Origin: Camelus ferus
Taxonomy: Eukaryota
Length of the DNA: 64,000 nt
Reading direction: 5' to 3'
Assembly: GCF_009834535.1 (NCBI RefSeq)
Contig: NC_045697.1
Coordinates: 91,762,001 to 91,826,000 of the forward strand
Shown here: positions 1 to 12,309 of the stretch, one piece after another
Numbering within the stretch: position 1 is the first letter of the stretch
Layout: the number at the start of each line of letters is the position of its first letter
Position numbers and translations under genes: made by a program
The notes under the pieces: model-generated
Told to the model about the DNA's origin: nothing
Seen by the model: only the letters and a program-made list of their open reading frames with translations
Database searches by the model: none

Positions 1-246
1 AAATGGATATTATAATGTTTATGTGAGTATCAAATGGTATAATTTATAAAGAAGTGCTTTGTAATGCACTTTGCTACATTCAAGACTACTTTGAGGATTC
101 AGAGGACAAGGTTGCATCTGGTTGAGAGACTTCAGTAAGAGAAGTATTTAATCAGCAGCCTTGAATGGAAGGTTGGATTTCAAACGTAGGCGGTAGGGTT
201 GGGGACATTTCAGCCTAAAGGAACATACAATTAGAAAAGACTGAGA

Positions 247-678
247 TTTTTTTCTTTTTTTTCAATTGAAATCTAGTTGCTGTACAATATTATACAAGTT
301 ACCGGTGTGCACTATAGTGATTCACAATTTTTAAAGCTTACACTCCATTTACAGTTATTGCAAAATATTGTCTGTATTTTCTGTGTTGTACAGTACATCC
401 GTGAGCCAATCTTATGCCCAGTACTTTGTACCTTCTACTCTTTGGCCCTATATTGTCCCTCTCCCAACCCTCTCCCCACTGGTAACTACTAGTTTGTTCT
501 CTGTATCTGTAAGGCTGCTTCTTTTTTGTTATATTTTTCAGATTCCACATGTGAGTAATATCATACAGTATTTGTCTTTCTCTGTCTGACATTTCACTTA
601 GAATAAGGCCCTCCAAGTCCATCCATGTTGCTGCAAATGGCAAAATTTTGTTCCGTTTTAGGGTAGAGTAAGTATTCC

Positions 679-719
<41 letters not shown>

Positions 720-1750
720 TCCACTGTATATATGTATACATTCCACTGTGTGTGTATATATATATACACATTCCATTGCATGTGTGTGTGTATATATATA
801 TTCCATTGTATATATACGTGTGTGTATATATATCTATATCCGTATCTATATCTATATCTCACATCTTCTTTATCCATTTATCTCTTATTGGACACTTAGG
901 GTTGCTTTCTTCTTTTGACTACTATGACTAACGCTGCTGTAAACATGGGTGTAAAAATCTCTCTTTGAGACCCTGCTTTCAGTTCTTTTGGGCTTGTAGC
1001 CACAAGTGGAATTGCTGGATCATATGGTAATTCTGTTTAATTTTGGGGGGACCGTACTGTTTTCCGTGGCAGCTGCACCGCTTTACATTTTCGCCAGCGA
1101 TGTAGGAGGATTCCAACTTGCCCACGTCCTCGTCAACAATCATTTCATTACTTTCTGTTTTTCCTTTTTGATAACAGCCATCCTAATGGGTGTGAAATGG
1201 TATCCAGTTGTAGTTTTGATTTGTACTTTCCTAATGATTAATGATGTCAAGCATCTTTTCTTGTGATTTTTGGCTCTTTGTATCTTTTTTGAAGAAATGT
1301 CTATTCAAGTCCTTTGTCCATTTTTTGACTGGTTTATTTTTGTGTTGTTGAGCTGGAGGAATTCTTTGTGTATTCTGGATATTAAACCCTTATCATATAT
1401 ATAATTTGCAAATACTTTTCCCATTCCATAGGTTGCCGTTTACTCTGTTGATACCGTCCTTTAATACATAAAAGTTTTAAATTTTGACATAATCTGATTT
1501 ATCTATTTTTCTTTTGCTACCTGTGCTTTAGCTGTCATATCCAAAAAAATCATTGCCAAGTCTATCATCTGGAACATTTTCTCTGTTTTCTTCTAAGGAT
1601 TTTACAGTTTTAGCTCTTAACATTTAGATCTTTGATCCATTTTGATTTAATTTTTGTATATCGTGCAAGGTAAGAATCCAACTTCATTCTTTTACATGTA
1701 AGTATCCAGGTTTTTGCAACATCGCTTGTTGAAAAGACTGTCCTTTCTCA
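247..1750 (-). mobile_element. LINE-1, 5'-truncated (3' UTR plus end of ORF2), inserted into an L2 remnant; possibly two abutting L1 pieces of different age
   Basis: Poly-T from 247. Minus-strand ORF contains the L1 3'-end read-through 'KILPFAATWMDLEGLILSE'. Typical L1 antisense text (e.g. 'ttttgatttgtactttcctaatgattaatgatgtcaagcatcttttc'). Confidence 0.95.
674..860. repeat. Compound (TG)n/(TA)n microsatellite-minisatellite inside the L1
   Basis: (TG)n at 681-717, followed by further units each starting with ATTCCAYTG, then (TATATC)n. Confidence 0.95.
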
Positions 1751-2429
1751 AATAAATGAAATGTTTTTGAAGAATGGAAGATCCATAGAGTAGGTAAGGA
1801 TCTAGTCAAAGAGCAAGATGACAAGTTTGTGGTCATATTCTAGGCTGAATATCAGACTCAGCACTTTGGAGTTAATTTAGGAGGGACTAAGGTGTCATTG
1901 ATTAGGGCTGTAGTTTAGAAAATAAATCTGCTGGCCAGTGTAGGATTGGTTACGGTGCGGGGGAGTTTGCAGTGTGTTTGGAAGCAAAAAAAAAACAAAC
2001 AAAACAAACCTCCAGAAATATTTTCTTTCTCTTTGTTAACACTCATCATATCGAGTTTAGAAACTCTAAAAATGTTATTGACTGATACTTGCACATTTTT
2101 ATGATCTGTAAAGCACTGTTAATGAATTTTGCACTTTGAATTATTTTTCTCATCAAAAATTTGATTGCTCATAATTTGGAACTTGTAAAATAAAGAGTGG
2201 TATGAAGAAAAAACCCCAAATCACCAGTTACCCCCCAATCCAGACTTTATTGCTGCTACTGTTGGCTGCCCGCAAGTCCAATTTTATAACCTATGCATTT
2301 TGTGTAACTAAGAATGATACTGAATGTGAAGTTTTCCATCCTTATTTTCCTTTTTTAATTTCGCTTGGCATTGTTCTGTGAGCACATTTCCTTATTTCAC
2401 TGCCGTTTTAATGAGTTTTAAAGTGTGTT

Positions 2430-2710
2430 TAAGTAATAGGTATTGCAAAAAGAGGCAGGAGAACTGGTTCTAATCTCCACAATAGCACAGACTTGCTCTA
2501 TAACCTTTACCCAGATGTTCAGCCAATCACAGCCTCACTTTTACTGCCTGCAAAATTGGATAATACTTGCTACCTATTCCCTGGGGGCATGATGAAGAGC
2601 AATGAAGTAATGCCTCAGAATTGCCTTTTCTTCTCTGTAAGAAAGGTGCTACGCATGTAAAGATTGTTAGATCACGTTGAGCACTTGCTGAGCCAACAAT
2701 GGAGAGAGCC
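2430..2710 (+). mobile_element. MIR SINE (degenerate)
   Basis: MIR core-like 'cagcctcacttttactgcctgcaaaattggataatacttgctacct'. Confidence 0.7.
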
Positions 2711-3429
2711 GGGGCAGAACCACTTTCTTCCATTTTCCACCATCAGCCCCTGCATCCTATCTCTGCGAGCGTATGGGCTTGCTTTCTATATGAAGGGCTT
2801 ATCACAGAAACACACAGCTGCATTGTGTTTCTGCAGCTACTGAAAATATTTATGGCTTAGAAAGCAGTCATTCTCGATGATGTGATTAGCGTGTTATGAA
2901 CACAGACAATATCGGGAGCATCCAGTAGCATTTCCGTATTCCAGCTTCATCTATTCCTCTAGTTATATCTATCATTGTTCTTTAAATCTGAGGTGGCTGC
3001 GGCTGCCTCTGCTGACAGTGTTTCTGTTGTTGGATAACCGGGATTGTGTGACCTGCTGTCCTTGCTCCATTCCCTAACAGTGGCATTTGTCTGCTCATTG
3101 CAGGGCTGGCATCTGCTAGTGTATCTTCCTTTTGCCACGTAATGGAGTGGACAAGATGGTAGTCTCATGCCTTTCCTCTGATTATAGAATCCCAGAATTA
3201 TCCATCACATTTGCCCAGAAACTGTGCCTATAATGATATAACTCTTAACTATTCATACAGTGGATTTCTTTGGGGAGGTGGATTCCATCATTCATTTTGT
3301 GAGACCAAGGTTTTTGTGTTTTCTACAGACTTCTTTCCACTCATTGCTCAGTTTTCCATAGATGGTAACTGACTGGTTTCTCTGAAGTCTTTATGAATTT
3401 AGAAGGTAGTAGATAGAGAACCCTTCTAA

Positions 3430-3640
3430 CAGCTTCTTACATTGAGTGCTTGCAATTGACAGCATCTTTAGAATCATTTTTGTCATGTTTTAAACAGCCT
3501 ATGGTATAGGAATCACATGTGTGTATTTTAAAGGTGACGGAGCATAGGCCTGAAGCACATAAGACTTGTCCTGTGTAAATGGATGAATCTGGATGCTAAG
3601 CCAGGGCTCCCAACTCTAGCCTGGTCCTCTGCCCACTGCA
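3430..3640 (-). mobile_element. MIR SINE (degenerate)
   Basis: Antisense MIR-like text 'acattgagtgctt...ttttaaaggtgacggagcataggcctga...acttgtcc'. Confidence 0.6.
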
Positions 3641-4497
3641 GAGAGGGGAAGAGGTAAATCATTTTCCAAGTAGAGCAAGGAGAAATAAGAAATCAAAATA
3701 AGAATTTAGGATGGCTGTGTTTTATTCCAGCCCTTTTGTCTTTCCTCTGGTTTGTGTGATGTTAGTCAGCAGAGACTTTTACCTTTTCAGTCTGTATATT
3801 GTACAGCATCTGAAACAGCACTCTGGACAGTCGGCAAAGGCTTGAGGTCTTATTCTGTTCTCCAGATCAAACAGCGAACTGTTTGTTTTTTCCACAGAGG
3901 CCTTTAAAAATCCTACACATCTGGACAATGCCTCAAGCATCTAGAGAAATCTGCCTAAGTATCAAGAATATTTGAAAGAGCATTTCTGAATAGTAGTCTT
4001 TACTGCTTTATTTCTGTTATCCTTCATCTGTGCATTTTGAAATGCATTCGCAGCGATTCATCCTACCACCTCTGATACCAGGAAGGGAGTGCACTTTTTA
4101 TCTCCATTTTACAGATATGCAGACTGAGTGGCAGGCTGTGTCGAGGGAGGCTTTAGGCATTCTGACTTACAGAGTCTGATAATGAGAGCCTGGGTACCTT
4201 TTGTGCCCTCTTGCTCCATGTTATTTCCAATTTGCTTTCTCATTTCGAGAGAGCATTTTCATCTTTTATTTTTGGATAATAGTTTCAAGTTTCATTTGCA
4301 CCACCAGACCTGTAAATTCTTTTGTTCTTTAGAAGTCCTGGTCAGGGTGACATCTCTTTCTTTTGTTTGGGGGCAGGTAATCTAATAGATAGGAAGATCT
4401 GCATCAAAAATATATCATTTTCCTTGCTTTCAACTCTGCTTAGTTTATCATATACTGAAGGCTTAGATTCCGGTTTAAAAGAACTGGCAATAATATC

Positions 4498-4556
4498 TTC
4501 AGTAGTGCCATTTTATTTATTTATTTTTTTTTTGCATTTTTCAGTAGTGCCATTTT
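4498..4556 (-). mobile_element. Extremely 5'-truncated (25 bp) retrotransposon insertion with 17 bp TSD
   Basis: TTCAGTAGTGCCATTTT at 4498-4514 and 4540-4556 flanks a T-rich 25-mer. The right TSD ends in TTTT/AA, the L1 endonuclease consensus. Confidence 0.75.
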
Positions 4557-5169
4557 AAAATGTAGTACAATATCTAACTTATTTTTATCTCCTAGTACTG
4601 CTTATAAACGCATAAATATAGATAAACCAATCTTAGAAAATTAATTGGAAATCAGAAAATACGTTCAGAATGACTTGCCATTTTCCACATACAAAGCTAT
4701 TGGTAATTTGTCTTACAAACTGGTTGTTGCTGGCCATAATGCTATGGAATATGTTTTTTTTTTTTTATGTTGATCTTTTTAAAACATAAAGGATCATCAC
4801 AGGTTAACAGGAGTTGTTCAGGGTGCTGGATGACCCCCCAGCAGAGAGAGAAGCTATCTGCTAGGTCTGTGCCTTGTTCAGTAGGTGCACACTTGAAGGC
4901 AGGAGTGAATGAGCATGTACACTGAGTTGGATGAAGACAGCTGATAGAAATCAACTGGACATTGGAGGGCAATTCATATGATGCTTGTTAGGAGATCAAT
5001 AGGGGCAGCCACTAGGACTATATTAACTGACCTAAGGAAAGTCAGGTGGGAAAAGCTATAAAACTAGGAGGTGACATTTAAGAATAAATTTCCAGTGAGG
5101 GAAAATAATCTAGAGAAATGGCAAAGGCATGGAGCCTAGCAGGCCAAGCACGTATCTCCTAGAGTCTTT

Positions 5170-5420
5170 TATTTATTGACCAAATAGGTATTGACTGTCT
5201 GTTCTGTGCCAGGCACAGTGCTAGTGGCTGAGACTACAAATGTCAATCCAGCTATGGCCTCTGTCTTAAGCTCAATTCAAACAGAGGACACAGATTGGAA
5301 ATCTATTGCTATCAATGTAATGCTATCGTTGCTATAGTAAAATGTCTATATGACTCATCAAAACACATAGAAAGGGAATGATCAATTTTGCTTCACAGAA
5401 AGTTTTACAGAGAAAGGAAC
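5170..5420 (-). mobile_element. L2 3' end fragment
   Basis: 'atttattgaccaaataggtattgactgtctgttctgtgccaggcacagtgctag' resembles the antisense L2 3' terminus. Confidence 0.7.
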
Positions 5421-5909
5421 AGTAAAGAATTTTGTGGTGTTTTGGTTGCATTAAAAATTTTTCCACTTTGATGGACTCTTTACATCCAGAATCTTTTACC
5501 TTCGCAGCTCTGCTATTCCTTTACAAACAAGACAGTCAAGGCCCTGGGGAGCCAAGTTAAGGTGTCCAAGATCACCCAGCTAATGAGTGCATCAAACTTG
5601 GTTCTGTGGGGCTCCTGCCACTTTGCCACCTGGGGTCTCGAGGGATCAGGAGGAATTCATCAGGCAGATATGGAGCTGGAAGAGGGAATTCTCTGCAGCA
5701 GGAACGGCACCTCAGAGTGAGGGAACTGTTCAAGAGCATTGGATTTTGGGGGATGTGAGCATCTCCTCAGATTAGAAGGTAGAGGCTGTGTTGTGTGCCT
5801 GGTCGTCTGAAAAGCACCAAAGTTGATGAAAGGATTTTAATGTCTCTTCCAGTCTTGAGGTTTTATAACAGTTAAGAAATTATCATTGGCCTCAAGGAAC
5901 ATATTAAAT

Positions 5910-6800
5910 CCTTCATTAATTTGCATGATATTATTAAGCACTTAGTATTTGCCAGGATCTATTCCAGGTGCTGGTGATATAGCAGTAGACAACATAGAAA
6001 AAGTTCCTGCTCTTCTGGAACTTACCTATAGAGGGAAATAGATGCCAAAGAAAGAAAGAAACAAAGAAAAGCAAATAATGCTGGATAGTGATAGTTACGA
6101 TGAAGCAAAAAAGCAGAGAAAGAGGATTAAAAATGGATGGTGTGGGTTACATATGAAAGTTATAGAAAGCCTCTACAGTAAGTTGATGTTTGAGCATTAT
6201 TATCTAATAGGGGCGATGAGACATGTGCAAAGCAACCCCAGAATAAAGTAGTACATAGTAAATATCAATAAATACTGAAAAGGACACAATAGAATTTAAA
6301 TAAAGAAATGAACACTTATTGAGTATGCTTCTATTTTAGACAACACTCACAATATACTTGAAAGGCATTATCTGCCCCAATTTTACAGGTGAAAGACTGA
6401 GGTTCAGGGAGGCTAGGTAACTTTTCTAATGGCACACAGCCTGGATTCAAACTCATGTTTGTCTGAATCCAAAGCCTGTATTCTGCCCCACTGTGAGAGC
6501 CTTGTTCTTCTGGGATAAAGATGGAAGCTTAAAGGAGGATTTCTTGGTAGAGAGGGTGGGCTTCAAAGTATAGATGAGATTTTGATATGGGAAGATTAGA
6601 AATATGAATAGGAATCGGAAAATCAAATCATAAGATAGCAGAAGGGAAAAATTCAGGGTTTGTGTAAAGTTAGTTGAAGTCCAGACTAAGAGGGGACCCA
6701 CAGGGAGAGATAAAGCTAGAAACAGGAACAGATTTCAGAATAAAACAGACATAGAGTCTTCCCTTTATTTGGTAGGCATTGGGAGCCACGAAAAGTATTC
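5910..6800 (-). mobile_element. L2 fragments interrupted by a MIR (~6300-6500)
   Basis: L2 terminus 'ttattaagcacttagtatttgccagg...ccaggtgctggtgatatagcagt'. MIR core 'ccaattttacaggtgaaagactgaggttcagggagg'. Confidence 0.7.
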
Positions 6801-6960
6801 CCCAAGAGATTCTGTTCATCCACAGGATGAATAAACACTTCTGGGGGCTCTTATACTTCTCTGTTTCTCTGATTATTTTATTCTACCCACCAGATTGAGC
6901 AGCTTATCGTCAGTGAGTATTATCCACACTCACCGACTTCACAACTGGGTCCAGACTTAA

Positions 6961-6982
6961 CCTGATGCAATGTTACATCAGG
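6961..6982. promoter_or_regulatory. Candidate palindromic double C/EBP-ATF (AARE/CARE) element
   Basis: CCTGATGCAATGTTACATCAGG reads TGATGCAAT on + and TGATGTAAC on -. Both fit the TGATGxAAx consensus. Confidence 0.35.
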
Positions 6983-8599
6983 GAAAGGTACTCGGACAGA
7001 GCTTTGTGTGAAAAACTTCAGGTGTGCCAGTTCTCAACTGATTCCTTGAGGAATGGCATTGTCTCAGACGTCACATTGCCAGATGGATACAGAGCATTGG
7101 ATGAACTCCATCTGGCTGATCCAACCCTGCACATGGTGACGGGATGCTGACAGGATGAGGTGAGCAGTCAGGAAAGTGTTATTCAAGAGACAAGAAAGAG
7201 CAGAACTAAATTCACCTTTGCTCCCAGCTGGAGAGCAGATTGCATTCTTTAAAGCAGTGTGATGACTCAAGCCACCCGCAGTGGAGGGCAGATAGGCTGG
7301 GGCGAGCTCTTTAAGGAAAAGCTCAATGGTATCATAAGAAACCGATATATGCCAATGTGGTGCCATCCGGGGTCAGACTCCTAGTGCGTCCCTCAGGCAT
7401 TTTGGTGTCCTATCATATAATCTGCCCTTTTTGTGCTTTCTGTTTATATTCCCCCCCCCCCCGAGTATTGTACATCCCAGTCTCTGTATATCAAGCTGCT
7501 TTATGCCAAAGGCGACAGCCAAAAAATGTCTCTCAAAATTGTCTTTCAGTTATATTTTTCATTCAGAGACATACTTTTACAGTAAATCCCAATGCAAGGA
7601 TTCAATCTATGAATGGGCTTTGGAGAGAGATCTGTGAACTCTTGAAATTGTTAGCAAACTTTTGTATTTATAAGCATTTTCAGGGGAGTAGTCATGAAAC
7701 TTAAAAAAATTCTGTTACCCTGTTAAGGATCAAAACTCCTTTTCTTCCCTTAGAATTGCCTGTCCCCCTCCATTTCTCCCTTCCTTCCTCCCTCCCTCCC
7801 TTCTTCACTCTTATTTCTTCCCTTCCCTTCAACTTGCTGACCAACTTACTAATTACTTTCTAGCTAACTTTTCAATTTTCTTTATTTCTTCTCTCAGTTC
7901 TCCAACTGTTCTTTTTCTCCATGTGCTATAGAGAGGAAAGTGTGGGAAATGATGAAGGCAGCAGAGTGGAAAGAAATGATAGTAAGTTAGTAAAAGTCAT
8001 AGGAAGTATGGGTCGGATTTGGGCACCAAAGTACTGGTCATCACTTCTTTCCTCCCACACTTTTCATCCTTACCTCTTTTAGTAAAAGTAGTTATAACAT
8101 CTACCAAAAAAACAAACATGAAGAAAGAAAAAAGGAAAAGGCAATCAGAAGAGTTAATGAAAGCCTAAATACTGCTCCATGCAAAATTAACAAAGGATAA
8201 AGGGCTTCCGTATACTAAATTTATGATTTAGGGTTAGAAATGGAAGCTTTTCTTATTTATAGGGTTAGATTTCAGGTGGGTCAAAGAAATGATGTTTGAA
8301 ACACGTTTGAAGCAACCAATGAGTGGAAGCAGAAATTGAGTGTGATGAAGAAAAATTGGGTAAAGGACTCTAGTTATTTGAATTTAAAATTATCCCAATA
8401 TATGTTACTCTTACAAAATATACATAAGGTAAAAATGTACATAAAGTCAAAATTCCTTGAGAATTGTTCTCTAATTTCATGGAATATTGGAAATTGCAGT
8501 GTGTTTCAATATCTGGGTACATTAGTATTATTGTGAACTTGAAAATTAGTATTATTTGTATACCAAATTAGCATTATTATGAATGGAAAAAAGGAAAGT

Positions 8600-8805
8600 A
8601 GTTAGGATTAAATAGACAGACCTAATTCTGAGTTCTGGCTCTGACAGTTACATTTGTTTTGCTGTGGACAATTTATTTAAATGTTATGGGCTGTAATTCC
8701 TGCATGAAATAGGACTAATGACGTTTAATGCATAAAATCAGTGTGAAACTGAAATCAGGTGATTTGTACTTGGCATGTAACAGATGCTCAATAAACGTTT
8801 GCTCA
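8600..8805 (+). mobile_element. MIR SINE
   Basis: 'agacagacctaattctgagttctggctctg...' and 3' end 'tggcatgtaacagatgctcaataaacgtt'. Confidence 0.7.
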
Positions 8806-10199
8806 CATCCCAAAGACAGACCTGAAGCAAAACAAACATTTTAAAGTTAGTAAACCATCTTTTGTACAATTTGGTGTTTTTCTCAATAATCCAGAATTTT
8901 TACTTTATCTGTGTGTTTTGACACGAATCATGCGTAGTGGTTGATTATAGTCTCCTTTCCAACTCAGCAAGTCGGTGGTTTCAGACCACCTCCGTGCTGC
9001 TTTAGCTGTTACTACTTAAATTTCTTCTCTTTCAACTAACAAAGAAGAAACAGTCAAAGGAAAGTGAGTCACAAAATGTCTACTCTCTGATCCCTTGTTT
9101 CTAGCTTTACTCACCCTCCTGCTTGCCACATGGTAAGAGTTCCAAATGTATTTACTGTTGTTGTTATTATTATTGTTATTAGTCCACTTTTCCATGCAGA
9201 AAAAGCAGAAAGATAAGAAATATCTAAGTAATGGTATAGGGCTCTTGAAAGGGTTGAAGCCCTTATGTCTGATTTTCTGCTAATTAGAATAAAGTATTTC
9301 TCCTAGTACTCAAATGCAGGAGTGAAAATACCTGTCTCTTTTCTTCCTCTGATATGGATTTTTTTTTTATGCAGTAGATTGTTCACTCTTTAAACGCTTC
9401 ACACTTGGTTCCCCTTAGCTGGACCCCTGCACACACTTTAAAAGAAACGTTAGATAATAGCTTCTATTAAAAATTCTTCAATCATACTTTTCTTAAAGAA
9501 CCATTTTCCGTTAAACAGAACAAAATATTTTGAACAAAAATTTAAATAATTTTTTTGAATAGAAGTTTTAATTCTCTTATAGATAGCCAAAGAATATGTG
9601 TGGATTTAAGTACCCAAGTACCTCAGGAATTACTGTAAGACAATTCTGATGATGGGACAGTTCTGAAGAAACAGGTCTTTAAACAAGAGTGACTCCAAAA
9701 GACGCGTGCTGGACTGTTTGCCTGTGAGTCACGGCCAGTCTGAAGACATCAGTGTCCCTCCTGCCCCGTTTATTTCATGTTTCTTTCAACACCTTGGACT
9801 ATTCCTTATCTGAATCCCACTCAGATAATAATAACTGGAAATAAGAACATTCAAGATTGCCATCTACTTCTCAGTTGAGATCTTTTCTTGGTTGCAGCCT
9901 TTATTTAGAATTGTAGATTTGAGAAAGGTTGAAATTTTCTCCTCCATTATACCTTCTGTCAGTGGAAATACTTTCCATGGTGTTGCATACTGATTAGATC
10001 CAGCGTGGTAATTTTATCATTCTGAGGGATTAATCTAGCTTTGCCTGACAATATTCAAACTTCATTATAGTTCCTTTTATTTTTCTCAAGAACGGAGACA
10101 TAATATCCCCCAATACTGCTAACATTTTCTGTCATTTGGCCTTTTGCATGGAATTATATCCAGCATTACAGCTCCTGAGTGTTTGGAAAAGTAAAAAAT

Positions 10200-10770
10200 A
10201 GGTCCACATTGAACTTTTGGGGAAAAAGTTTGAAAACAAATTGGCCCATCAAAGGTTCAGTTTATGTCTCTTGTATATTTCACTTTACAGTAACTATATT
10301 TAGACTTTCCCCAATTTGAATTGCACAAGGCAGTTTTCAGCCCATAATTCCAGCCTACCCAAGTCATTGTTAGTTTTATTGTTTTCCTACCTTGTATTGA
10401 GTTAGTTTTATTGTTCTCCTACCTTGTATTGACTAAGTTTCTCCACTTTGTGTCATCAGCACATTTCCCCGTCTTACTGTATGTTCCTTCTTTGAGGTCA
10501 GCAAAGTAACTAAAATCAATACTAATGCTGATCCTTATGACATGCCACAAGTCACTTCCCTTCTTTTGGTACCGCTGCCTCCCACAAACACCTTTGGCTT
10601 CAGTCCGGGTCATTATCCAGTTAAGCAACATGTTTCTTCTGGTTCACAGTGTGTGTTGCCTCAGTACACATCTCTCAGAGCAGAGCAGGCTTCTTTTTAA
10701 AGAGACTCTCATGTCTAGAATCAGAGATCCTTTTAAGCCAGATATAAGCACCTTTGAGAAAGCAGTGGCA
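10200..10770 (-). mobile_element. CR1/L3 LINE reverse-transcriptase remnant
   Basis: Minus-strand translations 'DLKEGTYSKTGKCADDTKWRNLVNT' and 'DLGRLELWAENCLVQFKLGK' match the CR1 RT motifs (ND-L-x-x-G...SKFADDTKLGG; DLDRLExWAExWxMxFNxxKCK). Confidence 0.8.
10369..10432. repeat. 32 bp tandem duplication (2 copies, 1 mismatch)
   Basis: GTTAGTTTTATTGTT(T/C)TCCTACCTTGTATTGA at 10369-10400 and 10401-10432. Confidence 0.95.
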
Positions 10771-12309
10771 TGTTGCTTCTCAAGGAAATAAAAATTCGGT
10801 TATACTTCAATGGGAGGGTGAATAATTACTGGACAAAATACAGGCATGGGAGACAGATTGCTGAGATACTGGTCTAGTCCCTGATTCACCGTTACCACAG
10901 GTGATTCCAGATAAGACACTTAAACGTTTGTTTAATTTTGTCTTTGTATTGGAATCACCATTACTATTAGTGAATGTAGTAAGTTGCTGTAAAATGTCAG
11001 TGCAATAATAATGCACTGAGAACATCATCTATAAAAAGAGGGATTTAATTCCTTTCATCGGAAAGTGAGAAAGAAGAGCCGCATTCCTCTCGCAGAAAAG
11101 GGATTTCACAGAACTTTATCATGAGATATTACTAGGTCTAAGATCCTGGAAAAGCCTGACCATCTAATTTGGACCCAGAAATTTTATAGCAACAATTTTG
11201 AAGCTGACTCAAGAGCTCAATTAATTCTCTCACAAGTTATAACTAATCAACAAAAACTTTAAAGAGGTTGCTTATATTACCTTTTTATACTTCTGTAAAT
11301 GTTTCTAAGGAATTAAAGAATAAAAAACTCAAGCATTTCCAGGGGACCTCCCCCACCACCATGTCACTGATGATACTGTAGATTTTTCAATATTAGGCAT
11401 ATACTCTGTGCTCTAGATTTCATGGTTTTAAAATCCAGTCTATTTTCTTGTGATGTTTTGAGTGTGGTTTATGATATATACAACCTGACACACTTTATTT
11501 GCCATAAAGAACAATGTCCATTGTGCAAAATTGTATCATGTTTATAAATTGCCACTTGCTCTGATTTCATCAAAATCAAAGGATTGGAGGACTAATTACT
11601 TCCGTATTTTAAAAAATCACAGTGGTTGCTGCAATTTCAGCCTGAAATTGTTTAGCTGGCAGATATTCTGTAGCATGTGTACAATATTGGCTAAATTAAA
11701 TTCCTTAGGTTAATTCTGATGAAAATAAGGCCATCACATGAATCTTGAAAGCAATGAATTAGCAACAGAAAAACAGAACAAGTGACTGAAGAGAGAAAAA
11801 GGAAGAAAGGTAAAATTTATACAACTTGTAGGCACATCACACTGCCTTTCCTCCCTTTGGTTAGACACGGGCAAGATTAGGGTCTCTCTAGCTCTAATCA
11901 TTTTAACTTTTGTTTTAATGAATGTCAAATTACCACAATCTCCTAAGATTTCAGTTAGGAAGACCTTCTGATGAGTCTTTTACCTTGTTTCCTTTCAATG
12001 CTGCAGGAATTATAATGAAGAAATTAAATCATTCTTTATAGACAATAGGAACACAGTCCTCGAAGCTTTTATGATTTGATGCCCTCTTGGCAACTGCATT
12101 AACTGAGTTTCAGGTTTGTGTTTAATATTTTGGAAGATTGCTTTTTCAAGATAAAAATAAGTTTCTGAAATAACGATGTCCTTAAGGTGAATACAAATCC
12201 TTATATCTTTGTATTACTCAATAATTTATGACTCAATTCCATAGACATACCCAGGCACAATGATACCTTTGTTTACAATTAGGAAAAAGCAAAAAATACT
12301 TTATTTTCA

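Noticed and set aside
338..931. Longest ORF (179 aa) and overlapping CV/YI-rich ORFs
   Set aside because: Read-through of a microsatellite and the L1 3' end; not a gene.
2805..2833. Perfect 10 bp inverted repeat CAGAAACACA/TGTGTTTCTG
   Set aside because: About one such stem is expected by chance in 64 kb, and it is too short for a pre-miRNA.
3880..3990. Strong acceptor TTTGTTTTTTCCACAG at ~3897
   Set aside because: Stops in all three frames and no clear donor nearby.
8520..8580. Three spaced ATTAG(T/C)ATTATT copies, superficially repeat-spacer-like
   Set aside because: A degenerate AT-rich minisatellite in mammalian DNA; not CRISPR.
10807..11028. Minus-strand 73 aa ORF preceded by an acceptor-like TTTTTATAG
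   Set aside because: No recognisable homology and no convincing donor or partner exon.
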